64,000 bases of DNA, from positions 16,483-80,482 of the forward strand of contig CAVVMJ010000004.1 of NCBI GenBank assembly GCA_963749445.1, given 5' to 3'. Origin of the DNA: an uncultured bacterium. GTDB lineage: Bacteria > Patescibacteriota > Doudnabacteria > UBA920. The notes beneath the pieces are model-generated. The model saw only the letters and a program-made list of their open reading frames with translations, was not told the DNA's origin and made no database searches. The stretch's first letter is position 1. Every line of letters starts with the position of its first letter. The translations under genes were made by a program, and so were the position numbers. Of the stretch, positions 9,770-18,778 are shown piece by piece.

Positions 9770-10294
9770 TTATTGAACAATTCTTGCAAAATGCTTTGAT
9801 ATTCGTCCGAATGGTCTGGTCGTGCCCGACTTCCAGGATTTCATCGTTAATATTGGTGGCGAGGTGGTCCAGTTGTAGGAGCCGCTGGCGTAAGTTTTGT
9901 CCGTAACCACGGCCTTGGTATGCATAATGCCGTCTTCGTTGCGTTCGTAAACCGGGATGCCGGCGTTTTCCAGCTCTTTGACAATGTCTTTTTGCCCGCT
10001 GGCTTGGTCTATTTGCGTCTTGTCGGTAAGTCCGATGACGGTTAAGCCGCGGTATTTGGCTCCCAAAAGTGCGTCTTTAATGTCCTGCCGGGTAAAAGTG
10101 TAAACCGAAAAATAAACAAATTTGTCCGCGTCTTGGATGACGCTGATGATTTCCTTGTTTAGTTCATGCTCGTGGTTGTAATAGACCGCGATTTGGTGCG
10201 CGGGCAGGTAGCGGCTGGTGTAGTATATTTGTCCAATAAGTCCTATCAGTCCTATTATAATCAGAATGTATATGGCGTCTCTTTTTGTTTTCAT
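9770..10294 (-). CDS. Phospholipase-D-family (HKD) nuclease, Nuc-like, N-terminal membrane anchor; the C-terminus probably continues in another frame
   Basis: HKD motif IMHTKAVVTDKTYASGSYNW (H-x-K-x4-D...GSxN). An alternative frame after NWTTS gives ATNINDEILEV, the NDEN motif of Nuc endonucleases, which implies a 1-nt indel. The gene is bracketed by MITE copies at 9624 and 10306. Confidence 0.65.
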   Translation of the reverse strand: MKTKRDAIYILIIIGLIGLIGQIYYTSRYLPAHQIAVYYNHEHELNKEIISVIQDADKFVYFSVYTFTRQDIKDALLGAKYRGLTVIGLTDKTQIDQASGQKDIVKELENAGIPVYERNEDGIMHTKAVVTDKTYASGSYNWTTSPPILTMKSWKSGTTRPFGRISKHFARIVQ

Positions 10295-10305
10295 ATTTTT
10301 GAGTT

Positions 10306-10404
10306 TTTAATGGGTATCTTCGTGCCAATATAACCTGCGATCTTAACCAAGCGCTACCTGATAATTATCAGTTAGCGATTGTGGAACCACGAAGATGCCC
10401 ATTA
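10306..10404. mobile_element. MITE-like element copy 4 (inverted orientation)
   Basis: TTAATGGGTATCTTCGTGCC...CTGATAATTATCAGTTAGCGATTGTGGAACCACGAAGATGCCCATTAA. Its reverse complement aligns with copy 1. Confidence 0.7.
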
Positions 10405-10414
10405 ACGATATATC

Positions 10415-10849
10415 TTAATTTCCAAATTTCCTAATTTCTTTTTGTGCTTCCCTCTTTTTGATATATTCCCGCCTGTCGGTTTTTTTGCGCGCACGGCCGA
10501 TGCCGATTTTGATTTTTACCAGGCCGCGGCTGCCTTGGAAAATCTCCAGGGGGATTATCACCAGCCCCTTTTCTTTGCCGATGAGTTGGTTGATTTCGTG
10601 TTTGTTCAAAAGCAGTTTGCGGCTGTGGGTTGGATCATATTGTTCATTGGCGGCATATTTATACGGCCCAATGTGGCAGTTGATCAGGCTCGCACCGGTA
10701 GAGGAAACAGTCACGTAACTGCCGGCTAAAGACACGTTGCCGCTTTTTATGGACTTGACTTCCGGGCCAGACAAAACCATACCGGCATGGTAAGCATCTT
10801 TAATGTCGTAATCAAACCTCGCCCGTTTGTTGTCGGCAAAAATTTTCAT
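10415..10849 (-). CDS. smpB: SsrA-binding protein SmpB
   Basis: FDYDIKDAYHAGMVLSGPEVKSIK...LLLNKHEI and a basic C-terminal tail. Canonical SmpB, 144 aa. Confidence 0.9.
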   Translation of the reverse strand: MKIFADNKRARFDYDIKDAYHAGMVLSGPEVKSIKSGNVSLAGSYVTVSSTGASLINCHIGPYKYAANEQYDPTHSRKLLLNKHEINQLIGKEKGLVIIPLEIFQGSRGLVKIKIGIGRARKKTDRREYIKKREAQKEIRKFGN

Positions 10850-10937
10850 GCTTATATTGTAGCATTTTTTGAAATTTATGCCATAATTAAAATAGTAGAT
10901 GAAACATTGGGGTTTATGCTATAATAAAGTCATCTTT

Positions 10938-12749
10938 ATGCCGAGTGAAACATCAAAACTTTACCCCGGTCATTTGCTGGCAACCGCACTTTCTGAGCTG
11001 AAAATGACCTCGCAACTTAGCGGCGAGCCTGAGATTTCAGTGCCGGATGCCAAGTTTGGCGATTACGCCACTAACGTAGCCTTGATTTTGGGCAAAAAGC
11101 TCAAATTGCCGCCGGTTGAGGTGGCCAATAAAATCGCGGACAGGCTAAAACAACTGGACACGGAGCGGGTATTTGCCGATATCAGCGTGGCCGGGGGGTT
11201 CATTAACCTTAATTTGTCGCGGGAATATTTGCTAAAAAACCTTTCGCGGATACTGGAGCAAAAGGACAACTTTGGCTCGCCCTGGAACAATGAAGACAAG
11301 ACCGTCATCGTGGAATATTTCCAGAATAACGTGGCCAAGCCCCCGCACGTCGGGCATTTGCGCAGCGCCGTGGTGGGCGACAGCCTGCTGCGGTTGTTCC
11401 GGTTTTTGGGATACCGGGCGGTATCGGATACCCATATCGGCGACTGGGGCACGCAGTTTGGCATTTTGATTTTGGCGTATAAGACTTTCGGCAAAAAATC
11501 CGTTGTGGAAAAAAATCCCATTGACGAGCTGAATAAGCTTTACGTGGAAATGTCGGCGAAAATAGAAGCGGATCCGGCTTTAAAGGAATCGGCAAAAGCT
11601 GAATTTAAAAAATTGGAAGACAGCGACGCGGAAAACCGCAAGCTTTGGCAATGGTTTGTTATGGAATCCGTGGCGGATTTTGAACGGTACCGGAAGCTGT
11701 TGGGGCTGCTGAGGTTTGACCATAACCTGGGCGAAAGTTTTTACGAAGACAAAATGCCGAGCATTTTATCGGAGCTGCAATCAAAGGGTTTAGTAACCAA
11801 AGGCGAGACTGGGGAATTATATGTTGATCTAGAAAAATATAAATTAGGACGATGCCTTTTGGCGAAGTCCGACGGCGCCACGACTTATCACCTTCGGGAT
11901 TTTGCCACTTATATTTACCGGAAGAAGGAATTTAATTTTTATAAAAATATTTATGTCGTAGACAACCGCCAGTCCCACCATTTTAGGCAGTTGTTCAAGG
12001 TTTTGGAATTGGCCGGGTACCCGGCGGGAAAAGACAGCTTCCACGTGGAGTTGGGATTTATGAGCCTGCCCGAAGGGCCGATTTCCACGCGCAAAGGAAA
12101 TATTATCAGCCTGCAAAATTTAGTTGATGAAGCGGAAAAGCGCGCTCTGGCCATAATTGAAGAAAAAAACCCCGGGCTTAAGAAAAAGAAGGCGGTGGCC
12201 GGCCAGGTCGCGCGCGCCGCCATAAAATATTTTGACCTTTCCCACAATCGCAAAACCGAATTCGTGTTCACTTGGGACAAAGCCTTGTCGTTTGAGGGGA
12301 ACACGGGGCCGTATTTGCAATATACGCACGCACGAATTTTTGGCATTTTAAGGAAGTCGTCTACCACCCCGTCCCGCCAAGGCGGGACACCCCTCCTGTC
12401 CCAGGAGGGGAATACTGCAGCTCCGCGGAGCTCTCCTCCTAAAATAGGAGGAGTACCCGCCGCAGGCGGGGGAGGTGGTATAAATCCGCACGAAATAGCT
12501 GTCCTCCGCAAACTCAACCAATTCCCCGAAGTCCTGGAACAGGTGGCCGTAGATTATATGCCGAATTTGTTATGCAATTATTTGTTTGAACTCGCACAGT
12601 CGTTTAATTCATTTTATCAGGAAATTCCGGTCTTGCAGGAAGAAGACGGCCAATTAAAATCATTCCGACTGCAACTGATTACCGCCACCGCGCAAGTCAT
12701 TAAAAATGGCCTGAATTTATTGGGTATAGAAGCCCCTGAAGAAATGTGA
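10938..12749 (+). CDS. argS: Arginine--tRNA ligase (ArgS), class I, carrying a ~130-bp in-frame palindromic insertion
   Basis: HIGH-type motif PPHVGHLRSAVVGD. Anticodon-binding C-terminus ...YLFELAQSFNSFY. The insert at 12361-12489 encodes TTPSRQGGTPLLSQEGNTAAPRSSPPKIGGVPAAGGGG and is built from nested GC-rich palindromes. Confidence 0.9.
   Translation: MPSETSKLYPGHLLATALSELKMTSQLSGEPEISVPDAKFGDYATNVALILGKKLKLPPVEVANKIADRLKQLDTERVFADISVAGGFINLNLSREYLLKNLSRILEQKDNFGSPWNNEDKTVIVEYFQNNVAKPPHVGHLRSAVVGDSLLRLFRFLGYRAVSDTHIGDWGTQFGILILAYKTFGKKSVVEKNPIDELNKLYVEMSAKIEADPALKESAKAEFKKLEDSDAENRKLWQWFVMESVADFERYRKLLGLLRFDHNLGESFYEDKMPSILSELQSKGLVTKGETGELYVDLEKYKLGRCLLAKSDGATTYHLRDFATYIYRKKEFNFYKNIYVVDNRQSHHFRQLFKVLELAGYPAGKDSFHVELGFMSLPEGPISTRKGNIISLQNLVDEAEKRALAIIEEKNPGLKKKKAVAGQVARAAIKYFDLSHNRKTEFVFTWDKALSFEGNTGPYLQYTHARIFGILRKSSTTPSRQGGTPLLSQEGNTAAPRSSPPKIGGVPAAGGGGGINPHEIAVLRKLNQFPEVLEQVAVDYMPNLLCNYLFELAQSFNSFYQEIPVLQEEDGQLKSFRLQLITATAQVIKNGLNLLGIEAPEEM
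12361..12489. repeat. Family-1 modular palindromic element (units A-B-C-D) inserted in frame in argS
   Basis: TACCACC-[GTCCCGCCAAGGCGGGAC]-[CCTCCTGTCCCAGGAGG]-...-[CTCCTCCTAAAATAGGAGGAG]-[CCCGCCGCAGGCGGG]-GGTGGTA. The same modules recur at 16165, 25381, 50906, 57617, 12841 and 39318. Confidence 0.8.
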
Positions 12750-12750
12750 A

Positions 12751-12900
12751 CCGCTGATTGGTCGCTGACCCATTCGGCAAAGCTCAGGGTCACCCCGAGC
12801 GAAGTCGAGGGGTGATAGGGACGCTGATCAATCGCTGAAGTGCGGAGCTTCCCCTCCTTGCTGAGGAGGGGTGGACGCCGTAGGCGGACGGGGTGGTTGG
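12751..12900. repeat. Intergenic composite repeat: family-2 element (CCCATTCGGCAAAGCTCAGGGTCACCCCGAGCGAAGTCGAGGGGTG) followed by a family-1 module
   Basis: The same family-2 then family-1 arrangement recurs at 39157-39460. The family-2 core also occurs at 4555, 22941, 37871 and 38471. Confidence 0.75.
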
Positions 12901-12940
12901 AGTGTAGTGTGCCGATTCATCGGCTTATTGATGAGAAAAT

Positions 12941-13373
12941 ATGAACGAAACGGACAAAAAATTTATTTACGATTTTATCCATCAGCAAAAGATAGCGGTT
13001 TTGGCCACGGTGAATAAATCCGTCCAGCCGGAAGCGGCGGTCATGGAATTCGGGGAAACCGAAAGTTTGGAAATAATCTTTAATACTTTAGTCGAGCCGC
13101 ATTATCGCAAATACAAAAATCTGCAGAAAAATCAGGCCGTAGCATTGGTTATCGGCTGGGAAGATAATATTACCGTCCAATATGAAGGTCTGTGCCATGG
13201 AGCTTAAAGGCGAGGAACGCGACAAGTACAAAAAGATTTTTTTCCAAAAGAATTTCGAAGCGGCAAAGTGGGACAAAAACCCGGAAATCAGGTATTTTTT
13301 AATCACCCCCAAATGGGTGCGCTACTCCGACTACGACGGCAAGCCTTACAAGATTATTGAATTAAAGTTTTAA
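12941..13373 (+). CDS. Pyridoxamine-5'-phosphate-oxidase-like FMN-binding split-barrel protein (general stress protein 26 family), frameshifted near 13190
   Basis: KIAVLATVNKSVQPEAAVMEF...ALVIGWED plus a C-terminal KWVRYSDYDG. These are typical of the PNPOx-like fold. The two ORFs overlap at 13182-13207. Confidence 0.55.
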
Positions 13374-13398
13374 AGTCTGGGTAACAAATCAAGGTTAT

Positions 13399-14565
13399 AT
13401 GAGACATTCTAGAGAGCGGTCGGAGGAATCAAGGAATGAATACTCTGCTGCAGATTTGTTAAACTTGTTGGAGTTTAAAAAGCCTTTATTATTTCACCCT
13501 AATTGGATTTTGAATAATGTGCCTAATTTGTATTTTCATTTTAGGCGGAATAAAAAGTACCGTTCTTCCGAAGGACAGATTGATTGGGGTAAAATAATAG
13601 CTACATTGCCGCCTGAATGGCAGAAAAGATGGACAATTTTGCAACCAGAGGGCAGAGAAGAAGTTGACGTTGTCATTAATAGTCTTGTAGGCGCGTTAGA
13701 GCGCTTGCGGCCTGCAACTTTTGGGCCAAGCTGGATCGAGTATAACAACAATTCTACATACGAGTATTTTAAGAGACATTTCAGAAATGAAGACGCTAGT
13801 GTAAATTGGCAGATTCTTTTAAACTTTTTGCCTCCTCAGTGGAGAGAAAAGTGGTCATATGTCAAACCAAAAGAAAAAAGTAAGGTGAAATCGGCTGAGT
13901 TACCTGAAATTATTGCTGCTGCGTCACGAGAGAAGGGGCAAGATATAAGCCCGAAAGAACAAGATGTTATTGATAAAATAGTAGCCACTGCTCCTGAGGA
14001 ATTTAATCAACGTGGTTTGACTATTTGGTGTAATCAGCAAGTCAACAAAGTTTTATTAGAGCACCCGGACATAGCTGAAAGAGCAAAAATTATCGTTGCC
14101 GAAGTTCGAAATGAGGTTTTGTTTCGAATTAACAAAAAACGATTTGAAGAATTAAAGCAACAACTTAAGCCTTTTCTGCAGCCATCCGCTAAACTTAGCC
14201 CTCGATTTTTTGACGACAATTTTAATGCTTCCAGCCAATTTTTACAACGGCATTTCAGGAAAGCTGACGGTTCCATAGATTGGGATTTTATTGTTAAAAA
14301 GTTAGGAATAGAAGAGTACTTTCAAATGAAGGAGTTATGGGACGAGAATTCAGCATTCGAAGAATTAAGAGAACTACTGGAACGAGAAAATCCTGAAAAT
14401 TTTAACCCAAAATGGATTGAGGAGCATAACTTAAGACTTTATACTTATTTTAGAACCAATAGAAGTTTTAGAAATTTCAAAGGGGCGGTGGATTGGGATG
14501 GGATAATGAATAAAATACCAAGCAGTTGGAAAAAGAGATTTAGCCTTTTAGTTTGGAATAGATAA
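13399..14565 (+). CDS. Hypothetical protein with four ~70-aa Trp-rich internal repeats
   Basis: Repeats share [NS]W[IL]..N....Y.YF+R+FR...G.[IV][DN]W..I...LPP.W+.+WS, e.g. YFKRHFRNEDASVNWQILLNFLPPQWREKWS and YFRTNRSFRNFKGAVDWDGIMNKIPSSWKKRFS. No known family recognised. Confidence 0.5.
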   Translation: MRHSRERSEESRNEYSAADLLNLLEFKKPLLFHPNWILNNVPNLYFHFRRNKKYRSSEGQIDWGKIIATLPPEWQKRWTILQPEGREEVDVVINSLVGALERLRPATFGPSWIEYNNNSTYEYFKRHFRNEDASVNWQILLNFLPPQWREKWSYVKPKEKSKVKSAELPEIIAAASREKGQDISPKEQDVIDKIVATAPEEFNQRGLTIWCNQQVNKVLLEHPDIAERAKIIVAEVRNEVLFRINKKRFEELKQQLKPFLQPSAKLSPRFFDDNFNASSQFLQRHFRKADGSIDWDFIVKKLGIEEYFQMKELWDENSAFEELRELLERENPENFNPKWIEEHNLRLYTYFRTNRSFRNFKGAVDWDGIMNKIPSSWKKRFSLLVWNR

Positions 14566-14581
14566 ATATTAACTTTTTATT

Positions 14582-17500
14582 ATGCCAGAGGAAAAATCAC
14601 AACAATCACCACAATCTAATGCTCCCGATTTCAACAAACTGGAGCAGGAGATTTTAAAGTTTTGGGAAGAAAATAACATCTTCCAAAAATCCCTGGACCA
14701 GAGTTTGGGCAAGCCGCCTTACATTTTTTACGACGGCCCGCCGTTTGCAACCGGCTTGCCGCATTACGGCAGTATTTTGCCGTCTGTCATCAAAGACGCG
14801 ATCCCGCGCTACCAAACCATGAAGGGCCGTTTTGTGCGTAGGCGCTGGGGCTGGGATTGCCACGGCTTGCCCATTGAAAATATCGTTGAGCAAAATTTAA
14901 AAATCTCCGGCAAAAAACAAATTGAAGAAATCGGGCGTGGAGAATTTTAACAAAGTTTGCCGCGAAAACGTGCTGGGTTTTGCCGCCGAGTGGGGTAAAA
15001 TGGTCAAACGGATCGGCCGCTGGGTGGAGTTTGAAAATTCTTATAAGACCATGGACACGTCTTATATGGAATCCGTGTGGTGGGCCTTAAAGCAGATTTG
15101 GGACAAGAAATTGATTTATGAGGACAGGAAAATTTTGCTTTACTGCTCGCGTTGCGAAACGCCGATATCCAATTTTGAAGTGGCCATGGACAACTGCTAC
15201 CGCGACGTTACCGAAGAATCGGTTTACGCCAAGTTCAAGTTGCTGCCGCGGCAGAGGATCATTAACGACCTGACCAATGACAAAACTTATATGCTGGCCT
15301 GGACCACCACGCCGTGGACTTTGCCGGGCAACACTTCGCTGAACGTCGGCCCGGATATTAAGTATGTGTTGGTGGAGCAGAAACGGCGAGCGTTACATTT
15401 TAGCCAAAGACCGGCTGGATGTTTTGGACGGGGAGTACGAATTAGTTTCAGAATTTCCGGCCCGGTCCTTGGACGGTTTAGAGTATGAACCGCTGTATCC
15501 GGCCATTATTCCCTAAACGCACATAACGGCTTAAAGGTGCCGGATTTAGTTGGCGACCCGGCCCGCGCCCACGCGTGTATCTGGCGGATTTTGTGACCAC
15601 GAAAGACGGCACCGGCATTGTGCACAACGCGGCCATGTACGGCGAGGAAGATTACGAGCTGGCCAAGGAAAAAAATTTGCCGCGGCTGGATATGCTGGAC
15701 CATAAAGGCCAGTATTTGGAACGGACGCGTGCCCAAGCATTTGCAAGGCGTATTCTTTAAGGATGCCGAGCCGGTTGTACTTAAAGATTTAAAGACGCGC
15801 AACCTAGTTTACAAAATTTTAAATTACACCCACAGCTACCCGCACTGCTACCGCTGCGGCACGCCGCTGTTTTATAACGCCCTGCCCGCGTGGTTCATCA
15901 ACATCCAAAAAATCAAACCCCGCTTGCGGCAGCTCAACGCGCAACAAATGCAGTGGTACCCCGAATATTTAAAGGCCGGCCGGTTTGACAAAAGCGTGGA
16001 GAGTGCGCCGGACTGGAATATTTCCCGCAACCGCTATTGGGCCACGGCTTTGCCGTTTTGGAAGTGCCAGAATAAGGAATGCAAACACGTTGCCTGTATT
16101 GGATCAATATCAGAATTGATTGAACGGTCAATAAATTTTAAAGAAGTATACCCAGATTTTACTCCAACCACCCCGTCGGCTGACGCCGCCGCCCCTCCTC
16201 AGCAAGGAGGGCAAGCTTCCGACTACGCCAAGGCTTCGTCGGACGAGCCGCGGCTTCCCGCCGTAGCTTTAGCAAGGCGGGAGCCTCTCCTCCAAATCTT
16301 CGGAGGAGTACCCCGCGATAGCGGGGGAGGTGTATGAATCACTCGATCTTCATCGGCCTTACATTGATCAGGTAATCCTAAAATGCCCGCAAGTGCGGGG
16401 GGCAAATGATGCGCGTGCCCGAAGTCGTGGACTGCTGGGTGGAAAGCGGCTCTATGCCGTTCGCGGAACTGCACTATCCGTTTGAAAACACAGATTTATT
16501 TCAGCAGCGCTTCCCCGCGGATTTCGTGTCCGAGTACATCGGTCAGGTCAGGGCCTGGTATTATGTGATGTTAGTGATGTCCGCGGTTTTGTTCGACAAA
16601 GCACCGTTTAAAAATTTAATGACTACGGGTAACATTTTGGCCGAAGACGGCAGCAAGATGTCCAAGTCCAAGCAAAATTATCCCGACCCGAATTTATTGA
16701 TTGAAAGGTACGGCGCCGACGCGCTTGCGGTTTTATCTTTTGACCTGCCCGGTGGTGGGCGGCGACGACATCAACTTTTCCGAAAAGAGCGTGCAGGAAA
16801 TCAGCCGCAAGGTTAACATGTTAGTTTATAACGTGTGGTCGTTTTATCGGATGTACCAACCGCGGAATGACGCGGAATTTAACGCGGAAAAACGCGGAGA
16901 CGAATCCCAACATATTCTAGACAAATGGATTGTTTCCGGAACTTGCGCATTGGCAGGGAGAGGTCACAAAATATCTGGACGCTTACGATACCGTGCGGGC
17001 CGGCAAAATAATTACTGGTTTTATAAATGACTTGTCAACCTGGTACGTGCGCCGCAGCCGCGAGCGTATTAAGGAAAATTCCGAGGATTCCAAAAAAGCC
17101 CTGCAAACATTGGGCTTTGTATTGGTTGAATTGTCCAAAATGCTTGCGCCGTTTATGCCGTTTTTGGCGGATTTTATCTATAAAGATTTAACCGGGCAGG
17201 AATCGGTGCATTTATCCGAATGGCCAAAGCCGCGTTTGGAGCTGCACGATGAAAAGCTGGAAAGCGTGATGTCAACGGCGCGCCAGATCGTGGAGCAGGG
17301 TTTGTCCCTGCGCAGGGAAAACAGCCTCAAAGTTAGGCAGCCCTTGGCTGAACTGGAATATTTTATTAAGGAGAAAAACCATTTGCTCAGCGCGGAGCTT
17401 GAACAGGTTTTGGCCGATGAACTGAACGTCAAACTGGTGAGCGGCCGGTCGGATTTTGTGCCTAAAGCGGGCTGGGCGTACAGGGAAACGCCGACTTTTA

Positions 17501-17794
17501 AGCTTGCGCTGAATTTGGAATTATCCGAGGAGCTCAAAAAGGAAGGCGCTGGCTCGTGAATTGGAGCGCCTGGTGCAGGATTTGCGCAAAAAAAGCGGCC
17601 TCAAAGTCGGGGAACTGGTTGATGTTTATTACAACACGACTGATGGCGGGGTGGAGGAAGCGCTGCTGAATCTGTTTGACCGCAAAAAAACTTTTGTCAA
17701 CCAAGTGCAAAAAAGTTTGGAAGTGGAAGTGGATTTTGAAATTCAGGGACAGGTAGAAGGCAAGACGGTGTGGGTGGGGATGAATAAAATTTAG
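14582..17794 (+). CDS. ileS: Isoleucine--tRNA ligase (IleS), full length but split into at least 7 ORFs by +/-1 indels, with a family-1 palindromic element inserted (16165-16332)
   Basis: [10 protein letters not shown] (HIGH-like), [21 protein letters not shown], the CP1 editing region, the zinc motif CP(K)CGG and the KMSKS motif. The breaks I traced lie in homopolymer runs, for example GGG near 14928 and CCC near 15506. Confidence 0.85.
16165..16332. repeat. Family-1 modular palindromic element inside ileS (A-B-E-C-D arrangement)
   Basis: CCAACCACCCCGTC...GCCCCTCCTCAGCAAGGAGGGC...CTCTCCTCCAAATCTTCGGAGGAGTACCCCGCGATAGCGGGGGAGGTG. Encodes [15 protein letters not shown].... Confidence 0.75.
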
Positions 17795-17799
17795 CTCCT

Positions 17800-17875
17800 A
17801 CGAACGTACGAACTATGTCGAACTACGAACTTTCCGTAGTTCGTAGTTCGTGCCGTTCGTAAGTTCGTAGGATAT
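17800..17875. repeat. Long imperfect palindrome built from TACGAAC units between ileS and recO
   Basis: CCTACGAACGTACGAACTATGTCGAACTACGAACTT / AAGTTCGTAGTTCGTGCCGTTCGTAAGTTCGTAGG, a ~35-bp stem. It may act as a terminator or processing site. Confidence 0.5.
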
Positions 17876-17877
17876 TT

Positions 17878-18603
17878 ATGCCGCGAGAAAATACATACTT
17901 ATCGATAATCCTCAAAAAGCAGGCCTTTAAAGAAGCGGATGAGTTGATTACGGTTTATACCAAGGAAACGGGCAAGCTGCGCGTTTTGGCCAAGTCGGTG
18001 AAATTTTCCAAAAGCAAGCTGCAGCATGGGCTGCAGGTTTTATTTTTAGTTAAAATCAGCTTGGTCGGTTCTAAACTACCCAGAGTTATAGGTACCCAAG
18101 TCGTGGCTAGCTTTCCCAACATCCGTGAAAATTTGCGCGCGGCCAAAATGGCTTTTTACGCTTTGGAGCTGGCGTTAAAATTTACGGCGGATGAGCATAA
18201 AAACGAAAAACTGTTTGGATTACTGGAAGAGTTTTTAAATTTTTTGGATGCCCACGCCCAGGACTCGCGGCTTTTGGAGTGCGGTTTGGCTAAATTTAAA
18301 ATTGAATTTTTGGATGCCGTGGGGTTTAGGATTTCGGCCGACCGGCCAAAAGATTTTAGCGGCGACATCGGTTTTTCCAACAGCCGGGGAGGGTTTGTGT
18401 TTGGCGGACGGGCGGATGATTATCAAAATTTAACAATTCCGGCATATGAGCAATTTCATGCTCTGCGCGCCGCGGATTTTGAGGGGCTTGCGGCTTTTGG
18501 CCGGCCTATGGGGAATTTGGGCGAACTTCAGGGAATTTTATCCGATTTTTTGCAGTATCATCTGGAACGCGACATTAAATCCGAGCGGTTTTTGGGGCAG
18601 TAA
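17878..18603 (+). CDS. recO: DNA repair protein RecO
   Basis: N-terminal OB-fold region LSIILKKQAFKEADELITVYTKETGKLRVLAKSVKFSKSKL, length 241 aa, and synteny with DNA-repair genes. Confidence 0.75.
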   Translation: MPRENTYLSIILKKQAFKEADELITVYTKETGKLRVLAKSVKFSKSKLQHGLQVLFLVKISLVGSKLPRVIGTQVVASFPNIRENLRAAKMAFYALELALKFTADEHKNEKLFGLLEEFLNFLDAHAQDSRLLECGLAKFKIEFLDAVGFRISADRPKDFSGDIGFSNSRGGFVFGGRADDYQNLTIPAYEQFHALRAADFEGLAAFGRPMGNLGELQGILSDFLQYHLERDIKSERFLGQ

Positions 18604-18656
18604 AAAAAGTGGTATAATATAGTTGCTTTTAGTTTGCATCCGGACGATAAACAAGA

Positions 18657-18757
18657 TTGATGGGCATCTTCGAGATTGTATTTAAGTTAGCGATAATTTT
18701 TTATGTCGGTTAATAAATATCAATTAATTTTGTAATTGCACGAAGATGCCCATCAAC
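18657..18757. mobile_element. MITE-like element copy 5 (divergent interior)
   Basis: GATTGATGGGCATCTTCGAG...GCACGAAGATGCCCATCAA. Sits between recO and the DUF11 surface-protein gene, next to an extended -10 TGGTATAAT at 18609. Confidence 0.65.
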
Positions 18758-18778
18758 TCCGTGTAAAATTCTATAATT

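Noticed and set aside
12361-12489. Inteins or group I/II introns as the explanation for the extra in-frame segments in argS, ksgA and recG
   Set aside because: The inserts are only ~40-60 codons and consist of nested DNA palindromes shared among unrelated genes. They lack intein splicing or homing-endonuclease motifs and intron structural elements.
14582-17794. An alternative genetic code (UGA recoding, as in Gracilibacteria/SR1) to explain the fragmented ileS, virB4 and clpB
   Set aside because: The breaks are frame changes, not in-frame UGA codons. Several interrupting stops are TAA, and the frames are restored by single-base changes in homopolymers.
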